The position numbers were made by a program, and so were the translations under genes. Under the pieces are notes generated by a model. The model did not search any database. It saw nothing but the letters and a program-made list of their open reading frames with translations, and had not been told where the DNA came from. This document shows positions 29,244 through 39,600 of a stretch of 64,000 nt of DNA, in pieces. Each line of letters opens with the position of its first letter. Position 1 is the stretch's first letter. This stretch comes from Candidatus Latescibacterota bacterium (lineage in GTDB: Bacteria > Latescibacterota > UBA2968): positions 3,232,001 through 3,296,000 of the forward strand of contig OZ244960.1 of assembly GCA_965222605.1 (NCBI GenBank), in the 5' to 3' direction.

Positions 29244-30867
29244 TTGGCATAATGTGTTCTACGCCCATATCACCTGCAAGATAGATGAAGATGTCTTTTC
29301 GGTCTTGTTTGATCGTGAGCAAGGCCGTCCCAATGCGTCTGTGCGCCGCTTGGTGTCGATGATGATCTTGAAAGAGGGCTTTGGGTGGAGCGATGCGCAA
29401 CTTTTTGAGCATTGTGGGTTCAACATTCTGGTGATGCGTGCTTTAGGGTTGATGAATCTGTCGGATGAGGTGCCTGTGGCTTCGACGTATTATCTGTTCA
29501 AGCAGTCCGTGTATGCCTATGGCCTGCAAACGGGTCGCAATCTGATTGGGGAGACTTTTTTTAGTTTAACCAAGACACAGGCGAGAGTCTTTGGCGTGAC
29601 GGGTGATCAGGTGCGAATGGACAGCAAGTTAATCGGTGCCAATATTGCCACCTGTTGTCGCTTGCAGTTGGTCGTTGGGTGCTTACAAGCGTTCTGGGGC
29701 TCGTTAGACAAGGGCGCAAAGGAACGATTATGCGCAGCAGACCGCGAGGTTTTGGACGCCTTGCTCAAGGTGAAGCCGCATCAGGTTGGGTATCCACTCA
29801 GCAGTGCAGAAAAAGGGGAGAAGCTCGAAGCCCTCGGTTTGTTAGTGTGCAGACTGTTGGCGGCCTATCAGGAGCAAGACAGCGATGAATATGGTCTGAT
29901 CGTGCGTGTTTTTTCTGACCAATACACCGTCCGTGTCTCCGCCAGTGAAAAATCAGTGCTTCCCAAGCCATCACAATCTATTTCTTCTTCCTCCTTACAG
30001 TCTGTCCATGATCCAGATGCGACCTTTCGCAGAAAAGGGGTGCAGAAGGTCAAGGGATATAGTGTCAATCTCACTGAGACCTGTGATGGGGAGGGCCTCA
30101 ATTTGATCACGGATGTAGAAGTCAAACCTGCAACGGCTGCCGATAACGCTTTTGTCCAACCGGCCATAGAACGGACACAGGAGGTGGTCGGACAGGTCTC
30201 GGACGTGTCGATGGATGGGGCTTACCATGCGGCTTGCAACAGTGCGTATGCCGACAAAGAGGACAAGCAATTCTATTACAGTGGGCTACAAGGCAGACCG
30301 GGACGTTTGATATATGAACGCACAGAAGAAGGGGTTGAAGTCATTGATCGAGAAAGTGGAGAAATTCAGCTTGCACAAGAATATAAACCGGGCAAATACA
30401 AACTCTTCATCGCAGGGAAGCCGCGATATATTACCCAACAAGACATCCTTGCCTATCACCGGCGAAAACAGATTGAAGACATGCCTGTGCACATCCGCAA
30501 TCGACGCCATAATGTTGAGGCCAGCATCTTCCAATTGAGCTATCACACAACAGGGGGTAAAACGCGTTATCGTCGGCTTTTGCCCCATCAAGTCTGGGCA
30601 TGGTGTCGCAGTTTATGGATCAATCTGGTAAGGATCAAGAATTATCTCGCCCAGCCAAATGAAGACCCCCAATAGGTGCACCCTGTTGACCCAAACATGC
30701 ACTTTGTAACCTCGTCAGCACGCCTGCAAAGCACGGGCACTCTATACACGACCCCAATACCATACGTTACCACCAAAGGCGACACAGACAGACCCAACGC
30801 TCACAAAAAACCTATAATCTCTATTACACTCTATTACACTCTATTACACCCTTTTCGGAGGGGACTC
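29242..30867 (+). mobile_element. 5'-truncated IS1182/IS5-like element (transposase ORF 29254-30675)
   Basis: GRPN...MMILKE...WSD (DUF772-like), RMDSKLI, DPDATF, KGYSVN, DGAY and R..VEA; probable right end ttttcggagggactc at 30867; no RBS or true N-terminus. Confidence 0.75.
30821..30849. repeat. 10-bp tandem repeat ctattacact x3
   Basis: Directly visible, inside the IS 3' end. Confidence 0.85.
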
Positions 30868-31331
30868 AGTCTTGATAGCGCAACATTTTTATAACAGGCA
30901 CTTTGATCTGGATATTGTTCTTTAATCATTTTCCAAAATTTCCTTCTTTGTCTTTCCTTGCTTTTAAGCTGGAGTAATGGCTGCAACCGATAGACAGAGA
31001 GAAAATCCAATCTTGGGTCTGAGTCATCTATTTTCAAGATGAAATCTTTAATTTTCTCATCCAGTTTTAGCAACTGTAAAATCAAGCGGGTTTTGGTTCT
31101 CGAAATTCTCACCCTTTTTGCAAGTGCTGTCTGAGATTGAACATAGCCCTTTTCAAGAAGCTCGTGATAATATAGGGCTTTTTTGAGATAATTGGGATGG
31201 TGCAGTTTTTGGATAACGAATTGTTTTTTCTTTTCATGTCCGATAGCGATAATGGGCTTATTGTTTTTGCGGAAGTGATGTATGGGGAAGTGGTCCCATA
31301 CGGTAAAAAGTTCAGTGAGTGGAACGGTTGG
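30868..31331 (-). pseudogene. HTH/ParB-like protein of the kind found beside large serine recombinases; 5' end at the att junction, 3' end cut by an IS
   Basis: KALYYHELLEKGYVQSQTALAKRVRISRTKTRLILQLLKL HTH pattern; the reading frame crosses the 40-nt right-end repeat. Confidence 0.55.
31284..31323. repeat. Right-end direct repeat, copy A
   Basis: ggggaagtggtcccatacggtaaaaagttcagtgagtgga, 39/40 identical to 32245-32284. Confidence 0.93.
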
Positions 31332-31522
31332 GCTACTAAAATAATAAACAAAGCCCGTCAATCAGTGGTGATCGACGGGCTTTTGTTTGTGGAGTTGTTT
31401 TAGTGAATAGCGTAGAAGGTTCAACCCGATCATCCTGTGCCATTAGTTTTTCATAGGTGATGGGTGATTTATGATATGATCCACCAAAACGGGGGAACTC
31501 CACCCTTAAATTTTCTCTTTTG

Positions 31523-31546
31523 ATATATGTCATATTTGACATATAT
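31523..31546. promoter_or_regulatory. Palindromic operator upstream of the TA operon
   Basis: ATATATGTCA-tatt-TGACATATAT perfect 10-bp inverted repeat, 7 nt before the toxin ATG. Confidence 0.75.
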
Positions 31547-31553
31547 TTCTTTT

Positions 31554-31889
31554 ATGAGTTCTTCTGACAAACCGCTGGTATGGCTTCACGGACAAATCAA
31601 AACGCCTCCATTTTCTCCATCTTCGAGAATTGAAGCGGGTTTTCTTCTGCGAAGTCTTCAAGCCGGTGAACTGCTTTCAATGCCTCAAGCCAGACCAATC
31701 CCCACTATAGGAATGCATTGTTACGAATTGAGAATTCGAGATCAGAATGAGACCTGGCGAATCATCTATCGCATTGATTCGGATGCCATCATCATAGCAG
31801 AAGTTTTCAAAAAAAGGACTCGTCAGACGCCGAAAAGAATTATTGATATTTGTAAAAGACGGCTACAACACTACGATTCGATAGGATGA
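31554..31889 (+). CDS. RelE/ParE (Gp49-like, HigB-type) toxin
   Basis: KPLVWLHGQIKTPPFS, GFLLRSLQAG, CYELRI, WRIIYRID and FKKRTRQTP. Confidence 0.9.
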   Translation: MSSSDKPLVWLHGQIKTPPFSPSSRIEAGFLLRSLQAGELLSMPQARPIPTIGMHCYELRIRDQNETWRIIYRIDSDAIIIAEVFKKRTRQTPKRIIDICKRRLQHYDSIG

Positions 31890-31892
31890 TTC

Positions 31893-32204
31893 ATGAATAA
31901 AAAAAAGAAAAAACTTCTCGAGGCTGCCGGGTGGCGTGTGGGTTCAACAGACGATTTTCTGGGTCTGACCGACGAAGAAGCCGCCTATATTGACCTCAAA
32001 ATCACGTTGAGCAAGAAAGTGCGTCAATGTCGTGAGCGAGAAAACTTGACCCAAACACAACTGGCTAAGTGTCTCAAATCCAGTCAATCTCGCGTTGCCA
32101 AAATCGAAGCGGGCGATCCCTCAGTTTCTGTAGATCTATTAATTCGATCCCTCTTCGCGCTTGGGGTCACCAAATCCGATCTCGCCAAAATGCTCGTATC
32201 GTAA
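31893..32204 (+). CDS. XRE-family HTH antitoxin (HigA-type)
   Basis: LEAAGWRVGS..DFLGL, LTQTQLA...SSQSRVAKIEAGDPSVSVDLL. Confidence 0.9.
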   Translation: MNKKKKKLLEAAGWRVGSTDDFLGLTDEEAAYIDLKITLSKKVRQCRERENLTQTQLAKCLKSSQSRVAKIEAGDPSVSVDLLIRSLFALGVTKSDLAKMLVS

Positions 32205-32244
32205 TACCGTGCATTTAAGAAGTGTTGTGCAAATGACGGGATCA

Positions 32245-32284
32245 GGGGAAGTGGTCCCATACGGTAAAAAGTTCAGTGAATGGA
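32245..32284. repeat. Right-end direct repeat, copy B
   Basis: 39/40 identity to 31284-31323. Confidence 0.93.
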
Positions 32285-32365
32285 TCAGCGTGTAACTGTT
32301 TTTTTTACTATTTGCCAAAAAATAACTATAATTCTCATTTGGTAACCATTTTTCAGGGATGCGCT

Positions 32366-32755
32366 ATGGCTAAACACGATCAAAGATATACAAGCTGGCG
32401 GGGTATGCGGCACTGATTGAGCAGTACGACCTTGACGTCGGCGGAGGCGCTTTTCCGATTCATTGATCAGACCATTGATACCGAACTCGCCGATGAGCTG
32501 GCCTTCCTGGCTAACTACGATGCGACCAAAGAAGCGATCCAAAACATCGTAGATATGCCCGACCGACAGATTGACCTCTTTATTCGTTTTTGCCTCCAAA
32601 ACAACGGTCGCCTGTCCGCAAGAAAACGTGCAAGCCACTTTGAGGATCTTGCGGATGAGGAAATCGATTCTATGGAACAGACTGTGCAATTCCCTGGGAA
32701 AATTGATACCAGCGAGCATACAGGATTTGATCCTTTCAATGCAGATTTGGAGTAA
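32366..32755 (+). pseudogene. Internally deleted Fic-family gene
   Basis: N-terminal LAGYAALIEQYDLDV joined out of frame to C-terminal IVDMPDRQIDLFIRFCLQNNGRLS..KR; no HPFxxGNGR core. Confidence 0.65.
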
Positions 32756-32894
32756 TCTGTCGATCACCAGAGCCGTCATCGCGCCCAAAAGGCTGGATGA
32801 GGGTGGGGTTTCAATACGAGCTAATTTTATACTATTCAACTGAAGAATGACAGTTTCTGTTGTCCACTTTTCTCACTTTTCCTGGAGATTTCCT

Positions 32895-33236
32895 ATGATT
32901 TACGACATGCGAACCTACGATTTGAATCCCGGTGCTTTGCAAGCCTATATGGATGCGGTGCGCGAGGTGGCGCTTCCACTGCGCGAGGACTATGGTATCA
33001 AGCTTGCCGGGTGGTATTATACCGATATTGGGAGATTAAATCGCGTGGTTCATATTTGGGCGTATCGCGATTATACCCATTTTGATCAGGCGCGACAGGC
33101 TGTCCGCAGCGATCCCCGATGGGTTAATGACTATCTACCTCGCGTCAAGGGGCTGGTCGCGCGCCAGCAAGATCAAATTATGCTCGCGTCCGATTTCTTC
33201 GAGTCCCGGGTTCCGGCTCTTTCGGAAGATCCGTAA
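32895..33236 (+). CDS. NIPSNAP family protein
   Basis: MIYDMRTY.L.PG, TDIGRLNRVVHIWAY and DPRW; GGAG RBS. Confidence 0.88.
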   Translation: MIYDMRTYDLNPGALQAYMDAVREVALPLREDYGIKLAGWYYTDIGRLNRVVHIWAYRDYTHFDQARQAVRSDPRWVNDYLPRVKGLVARQQDQIMLASDFFESRVPALSEDP

Positions 33237-33247
33237 TTCCATTTTAT

Positions 33248-34210
33248 TCAGTCGTCATCCTCGCTCGGAATGTTCAGGCGAAACAGCACGGGGTGGTGAT
33301 CCGAGTAGTGCTGTGGAAATAAGTTCTTATCGTATGGGGCGCCTGGATAGGCACTGTTGCCTTGCCAGGTGTCGCGCATTTGATCGATCAGGTTGATTAC
33401 CTGGAAATCAAACACCTCATCTATCTCGTCTAACGCCGCACGACTGGCTGGGCGATACATAACGTGGTCATAAGGTTTACTGCTCCCTGCCGCTGTGTTT
33501 GTCTTTCGACACTCGTCATTCAGAGATATAAATCCCGCTGGTATTACTGCTTCAAGTTCCGCGGCATTTTCGATATTCATATCTCCTACGATGTAGAAGT
33601 CCCGCTCTTGCGCGTCATTGAGATCGATCCACTGGGCTATGCTCAAAAGTTCGGCTTTGCGTTCTTTTTTCTTGTTCCCACCGGGGGATAAGTGGACGTT
33701 GATGACGACAAAGTCCATTTTGCCATCTATAGTGCGGAAGCCGTGGGCGTGTGGTACGCGGGGATATACGGGATGGGCAGAGCGGTCTTCTGATAGGTAT
33801 CCGTGGGGTAAATCATCTGCAATTTTCAGTTTGCCGGGTTTGTAAAAGACTACGGACCATTCGGTGCTCGATCCCCTGTTGTGGATGTTTTCGCCTCTTC
33901 CCGTGTCTTCACAAGATAGGGAAAATTTAAAGCCTTGCGCGATCATGGCGTCGAAGAATGCATCGGCTTCGGGGTCTTCGCGATAGGATGTACCATCGCA
34001 GTATTGACCGTTATCAGGTGGGGCAACGAGTTCCTGGACGATGACCATGTCGTATTTTTCGACCAATTTCGCAAGTGCGTTGTTGTTCTTTTTTTTGTAC
34101 AGACCGACGAATTTGATGTTGAAAGAACAGACTGTGATTTGTTTGTCAGAGACTTGTGGTTGGCAACCGAATAACAACAGTAGAATGAAAAATAAAAGGT
34201 GTTTTTTCAT
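33248..34210 (-). CDS. DNase I-like endonuclease/exonuclease/phosphatase lipoprotein
   Basis: Lipobox LFGC; SFNI, QEL, NVHL, GDMN, YDHV and SDHHPV. Confidence 0.87.
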   Translation of the reverse strand: MKKHLLFFILLLLFGCQPQVSDKQITVCSFNIKFVGLYKKKNNNALAKLVEKYDMVIVQELVAPPDNGQYCDGTSYREDPEADAFFDAMIAQGFKFSLSCEDTGRGENIHNRGSSTEWSVVFYKPGKLKIADDLPHGYLSEDRSAHPVYPRVPHAHGFRTIDGKMDFVVINVHLSPGGNKKKERKAELLSIAQWIDLNDAQERDFYIVGDMNIENAAELEAVIPAGFISLNDECRKTNTAAGSSKPYDHVMYRPASRAALDEIDEVFDFQVINLIDQMRDTWQGNSAYPGAPYDKNLFPQHYSDHHPVLFRLNIPSEDDD

Positions 34211-34312
34211 GGCGTTCCTGTGATGGAAACAATTTTCATCGCGGTTTTTTTATAAATATAAATAGGGTGACAAATCCAATACGGAGAAAGCCGGTTTCGG
34301 GCTGCGATATCT

Positions 34313-34876
34313 TCAAATTTGTGTTGCGATGGTGTTCAATTTGTAACCCGGCAGGTCGAATACCACATAAGATGGCAGGTCCAATTGTTGCCAGAGGTCG
34401 AAGCCATTTGTCCGGGTTTTTTGAGCGACGAATAAAGAGATGACGGTGCCGTGGGTGGCGATGGCGATAGTTTTGTGAGGGTGCGTTTTTACTGCTTTTT
34501 TAACGGCTTGAGTAAATCGTATGCGGGCCTGATTTGCCGTTTCATTGCCAAAGATCAGGTCGCTGGGGCGTGCAAAGAAGGTTTTTACTGTGGTGTGCCA
34601 GGTTTCTTGGGGGATAAGGGGTACGCCTTTGCGGTCGTGTTCGTGAAAGTTGGGTGCTGACGAATAGGGGATTTGAAGGGCGTCGGCGACCAGTTGACCC
34701 GTTTCTCGTGCTTTGGGTTCTTCGCTTGTGATGAGAAGGTCCGGTTTGTAAGGGCGCAACGCATCGGCAAGAGGGGTGCAACTTGCGCGTCCGCTGTCCG
34801 ATAGTTGCCAGTCTGGGGCGGATTTTGTCTCGTCGATTTGAGACATGGCGTGTTTGATTAAGATGAGATGGTTCAT
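34313..34876 (-). CDS. Histidine phosphatase (phosphoglycerate mutase) family protein
   Basis: LILIKHA (RHG-like), LSDSG, TS.E.KARET, GNET and ATHG. Confidence 0.8.
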   Translation of the reverse strand: MNHLILIKHAMSQIDETKSAPDWQLSDSGRASCTPLADALRPYKPDLLITSEEPKARETGQLVADALQIPYSSAPNFHEHDRKGVPLIPQETWHTTVKTFFARPSDLIFGNETANQARIRFTQAVKKAVKTHPHKTIAIATHGTVISLFVAQKTRTNGFDLWQQLDLPSYVVFDLPGYKLNTIATQI

Positions 34877-35226
34877 AAATGCTCCGGTTGATGTTAATAT
34901 AACTCTGGCGTTTTTGAATATAAATATACTCAAAAAATGACCCCTGCGTAATCCGCACGATAGGAAATATCCTCCCTGGGCAGAATATGGCGTTATTGCA
35001 TGGGAGAATAGGCGCCTTTGTATCGAGTTACGCCGCGTGCTGATAGATATCGATTTGCTGATGAAAAAAACGCACGAGAGCGGGATGCCACACGCGGATT
35101 GGTGGATTCAAAATCGGTATCCCGGGGCAGTGATCTGAGGAGTATGAACTTCTTCGAAAAAAAAGAATGGGTAGAGAATTGTAATGTCCTCTACCCGTTT
35201 TTATGTTCTTTAAATCAAATTGTGAC

Positions 35227-35433
35227 TTAAGCCACTGGAGGTTGCACTTCTGGCCCTTTCAATACCTGATTAAGTGTAGCCCGACCAGATTCGACAGCCA
35301 TGATGGCTCTCAGGACATGCAATTCAAACATCATGTCATCGTTGGGAAACTCAGATCTGACTTGATTGCATAGCTGATTTAGTTGCACATCTGTGAGGCC
35401 GATGCGTTGTGCGGCATTGAGATAATCGAACAT
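35227..35433 (-). CDS. Small hypothetical protein
   Basis: AGGAG RBS; 68-aa helical ORF (VRSEFPNDDMMFELHVLRA). Confidence 0.6.
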   Translation of the reverse strand: MFDYLNAAQRIGLTDVQLNQLCNQVRSEFPNDDMMFELHVLRAIMAVESGRATLNQVLKGPEVQPPVA

Positions 35434-35615
35434 CAGGTGTGCTCCTGAGTCTAAACAAGTCTTCTATCTAATATACAATATATAAAAAAAACCAAAACAA
35501 TGGGCTGCGTTCTGATGTTACGGGGAGGGGTCAAAAAAAACACTTGAAGTCCTCCTGAAATTTCTCGACCATGTGCGCGAGCAATCATCTGACAATTCTG
35601 GATAGGAGATTTATT

Positions 35616-36173
35616 ATGAGCGATGGACAGATCATTTTTCAAGATACATTTGATGGCGCGCTCGATAGCGGCTGGTCGTGGTTGCGGGAACAACCCGATG
35701 ATTGGCGGATTCGGGATGGTGGTCTGGAGATTTGCGTGCGTCCCGGTGTGAAAGATACGGTGCAAAATGCTTTGCTCAGATCCGCGCCAGATCGCGGTGA
35801 CGGTGCGTATGCTGTCGAGGTCACGATCACGAATCACAGCCAGCCGACGCAGCAATACGAACAGGCGGGTATTACGTGGTATCACAATGGGGAACCGGTG
35901 TTCAAAGAGGTCAAGGAACTCATTGACGGCGATCTGTACATTATTCCCGGGAAGCAGCCTATGCCCACACAGAGCGTTCGCCTGCGTCTTGTTGTTACCG
36001 CCGGCACATGGGAGGCGCAGTATTGCGCCGAGGGTGAGACCGCATTCCAGACCGCTACCGATGGTGAACTTCCGCCTCCGGGCGATGATCAGGTGAGTAT
36101 CCAGTGCTACAATGGCCCGGAAGAAGGCGACCATTGGATACGGTTTTCGGATTTTTGTATTAAGCGTGTATAA
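35616..36173 (+). CDS. ConA-like beta-sandwich protein (DUF1349-like)
   Basis: AGGAG RBS; DTFDGALDSGWSWLRE, QYEQAGI and RFSDF. Confidence 0.65.
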   Translation: MSDGQIIFQDTFDGALDSGWSWLREQPDDWRIRDGGLEICVRPGVKDTVQNALLRSAPDRGDGAYAVEVTITNHSQPTQQYEQAGITWYHNGEPVFKEVKELIDGDLYIIPGKQPMPTQSVRLRLVVTAGTWEAQYCAEGETAFQTATDGELPPPGDDQVSIQCYNGPEEGDHWIRFSDFCIKRV

Positions 36174-36208
36174 AAAAAGCACCATCTCGTTTTGAGATGG
36201 TGCTTTTT
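36174..36208. terminator. Bidirectional intrinsic terminator
   Basis: aaaaagcaccatctc-gtttt-gagatggtgcttttt between convergent genes. Confidence 0.9.
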
Positions 36209-36232
36209 GCTTAATTCTGAATTTATTTCAGA

Positions 36233-36433
36233 TTATGGCTTGGTGACATTCGCTGCCTGGAGCCCTTTAGGGCCCTGGGTAATGTCAAATTCGACCAAGT
36301 CACCTTCGGACAAAGACTTAAAGCCTTCGGCTTGAATCGCAGAGAAATGGACGAAAACATCTTCGCCCCCTTCTTGCTCAATAAAGCCGAATCCCTTGGC
36401 GTCGTTAAACCATTTAACTCTTCCTTCTGCCAA
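36233..36433 (-). CDS. cspA: Cold-shock protein
   Basis: [13 protein letters not shown] (RNP1), DVFVHFSAI (RNP2) and [10 protein letters not shown]; TTG start. Confidence 0.97.
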   Translation of the reverse strand: MAEGRVKWFNDAKGFGFIEQEGGEDVFVHFSAIQAEGFKSLSEGDLVEFDITQGPKGLQAANVTKP

Positions 36434-36652
36434 CGTACTTCACCACCTTTCTACATCGAAAATTGCACCATCAGAACGAAAAAAAGGCAAGAATCAGCAG
36501 TTTCGATTCTTGCCATACCGTCTTTTCAGGCCGATTGTACAGGAAACAAAACAACACATTCTTAATACTTGGGCACAAATACCCATTATACATGGGCAAA
36601 GATACCCTTTATTATCTCAGAAGTCAACGCTTTTTCAAAAAAAAGTTCCATT

Positions 36653-39600
36653 TCAAACTGTAGCCCCAGCGAGCATCATCTGTCCTTTTTCCGTGTACTG
36701 CGCTTTATCCTCTGGTGCTACGGTGCGCCAGATCAGGAATTGTTTGCGTAGCGCGTTCATAAAATTCTTGTTGACCCGCCGCCATGACGAGGCATCGCCC
36801 GATAGCCGATCTATGGTCAATGTCATGGCAAAAATATTGTGCTCACCTGTGGGTATAGCTTCAAAATGCACCTGCTGGCTCACGCCCAAATCAAAAGGTG
36901 CCAACCAGATTGTTGTGTCAATTGTATGTCCCTGTCCGGTTGCGGTTTCAACTGAGCCGAGTCGCGCACCGTCTGTATAAAATGTGCCCAGGCTTTCACC
37001 TGCATGCGCTTGAAAATAATCGACGAGGAACACGGACAGGCCAAATACGTCTTTGCCGCCTACGGTAAATGGAAATTCAAAATGCCATTGGTCGCCTTGC
37101 GGATCGGGAAATTTCCAGCGGCGCGTCACGTCGGGCACGGCCATCATGGATGCCTGGCGCGCGGGATAGATTGACGAGAGCAAGACCACCAGCATGACCA
37201 GCATTGAGGATGTCACGGTCGAGAGTGCCGAATAGTTTACGGTAAGGCCTTGTAAGGCATCTTGCCACAGTAAAACTTTGACGACACTTTGTCCCAAAAG
37301 ATACCCGCCAACGGTTCCCAAAACAGCGTAAACACATGCCTCGGCAATAAACAAGAAGGCGATGTGCACGGGTGCTAATCCCACAGAAGAATAAATGCCG
37401 ATCTCTCGGAAGCGTTCGTACACCGATCCCATCATGGTATTGAGCACGATCAGCGCGGCGACCAGAATGGGGATAAACAAATTGGCCATGCCCTGCAAAG
37501 ATGTATTGCCCAGCGAACTGTAAACCGCGACGCGTATGCCGCCATCTGCTGTTGGAATGCCGGCAAATAATACCACCGATAACCGCGATAAAAACGACTT
37601 GATCTCGGCTTCTACATCTACTTCTTCGTGAAATCGCACGGCTACGGACTGCAATGGACTGCCCACATCGCGCAACAAGGCATAGGGTACGATCAAAATA
37701 TCATCGGGGTCCAGATGCTCAAATGGCATGGTCTCGACTTCGGGGCGCTCCAATCCTTGCCGCTCGCGGGTCTCGGTTTGCGACATGACGGTAATAAATT
37801 CGTCTTCGGTGACTTGAAAATCTGCCGGCGTCAGCGGTTCCTCATCCAGATCGACAAACAGACGCATTTTCTCCGAACTGATCAATCCAATCACCGTGAG
37901 TTGCTTGCCAAAAAGGCGAATGTACGCCTTGCCGACCTCTTGCTCTGTGATACCCAGGGTCTCCGCCATTTGATCGGGCAAAATACAGGCAGACTCGCCC
38001 GGTTGAAACCAGCGTCCAGCCCGCAACAGGGTATCGATCTGCGTCACTTGTGTCTCTTCGGGTGCCGCCCCCAGGATCCCCTGGACGCGAGAATTTCCCT
38101 TTTTATAATGCACCACGGCTTTTGATTTTTTGTCTTCTCTTGTGGCAACATACCAGCTTCGGGGGGTTACGGTTCCTCTGTCTTTAAAATTTATCCGCGC
38201 GTAATCATAAGCCGTATCTTCCAGTGGTCCCCAGAATTTGCTTCTGATCAGTACGCCGGGATACGCGCCTTCCGCATCGCGCTGAAGCTGGTGGAATTCC
38301 AATGCCGATTTAATAGATGTAAAGGATAGCACGGTAAATGTCAGCAATACCAGGGTTACAAATGTCAACCAGGTGCGCAATTTGCGCTTTTTCATATTGG
38401 CAATGCCCAGTTGAAACGCCGCTACTGATGCGCTGATCCGTCCCACGTCGGTTTCGTGTAGTAATACCTCGGCACTGCGGAGTCGCCGAATATTCTCGCT
38501 GAATCGGCTCGATAAAATCGAGATCACAAATATTGCCAGTGCCAGAATGACAAAAGCCAGCAAAATCACAAAGGGGTTGGAGAGATCAAATGCGGGGTGT
38601 ACCTGAGACAGAAAAATCCAGATGACCACAAAGACGATGCCGATCCCGCCGATTTGCAGGCGAATATCGGAGAAGGTAAAAATCAACCGCTCGAGGAAAA
38701 ATGCACAGGGAATGACGAGTAGCATGAAGAAAATCACGCCGCGGATCACATCGTTTTGCGTTGTTTTTACGTCTGGATATGCCCGCGATTCAATGCCCAT
38801 GCCCGCGCGCGTGTGTTTGACAAAAGCATCCCATTGTTTTTCCTGCATTGCGGTTTCTGCTTCGTCTAAATGTTGTTTGGCCTGTGCGTGCAATATTTCC
38901 AGTCGCTGATTTTCAATTGAGTACTGGCGCAATTTTCGCATGCGCGACTCGTTCAGCATCCACATGTCTCGCGCTGCCTGATAGGGCGTGCGAATTAGTG
39001 AGCCTGATGATAGGGTTTGAAATCCCTCCCCCCGGGCATCCCATTCGGTGTCTGCGCTTTTTGAGTTGAGCAACAAATAGCGCACGCCAATCGCGCCTGC
39101 GCGCATCGCTATTTTTACTTTTTCACCGGGCGATGTATAGACCACGCCGACGGGTTCGTCTGGACCAAATCCGATGTCATAACCGTATTCTTGCGGTGCG
39201 GTATTGCCTGCGCCATATACGCTGATATTGGATAATGTGTTCAAATACCGGGGATCGACTGTGCCGTAAAAATCGGTTGCCACACAGGGAAATAGAATGA
39301 CGGTTTGTTTTGTGATCCACCAGTTCATATTGAAATGGCCGCTGTAAATTTTACCCTGCCGTCCCTGATTGGGCGCGTATGTGATTTCGCCACTGTGCGG
39401 ATCGATGTAGTATGCCCGCACGTGTACGCGGCGCTCTGCCACGCCCGGGATATAGTATTCGCCGTTTTCATCTGCGAGATCGTAGTAAATGCGCCGCACG
39501 CCTTTGACCGATTTTTCCAGGCCCATCCGCATGGCCGCTATCGCATCTGGGCGCGATTTATCGGGGGTGATACTGCGCCGAGGAAATGTGCGTACAAATC

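Larger units (their letters stand above)
23612..31331. mobile_element. tRNA-Met-anchored integrated element, unit 1 (7.7 kb, no integrase)
   Basis: Starts with 59-nt end sequence (23612-23670) repeated at 31332-31390; ends with 40-nt sequence (31284-31323) repeated at 32245-32284. Confidence 0.75.
31332..32297. mobile_element. tRNA-Met-anchored element, unit 2 (about 0.96 kb minimal TA cassette)
   Basis: Bounded by left-end copy B (31332-31390) and right-end copy B (32245-32284); contains only a TA operon. Confidence 0.7.

Noticed and set aside
23612-32284. Possible CRISPR array or integron attC array from the L/R repeats
   Set aside because: Only two copies of each repeat, kilobases apart; no regular spacers, cas genes, intI or RYYYAAC/GTTRRRY boxes recognised.
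34313-34876. KHA instead of RHG in the histidine phosphatase as a sign of novel function
   Set aside because: The catalytic His is retained and R-to-K is a conservative change; not enough for a claim.
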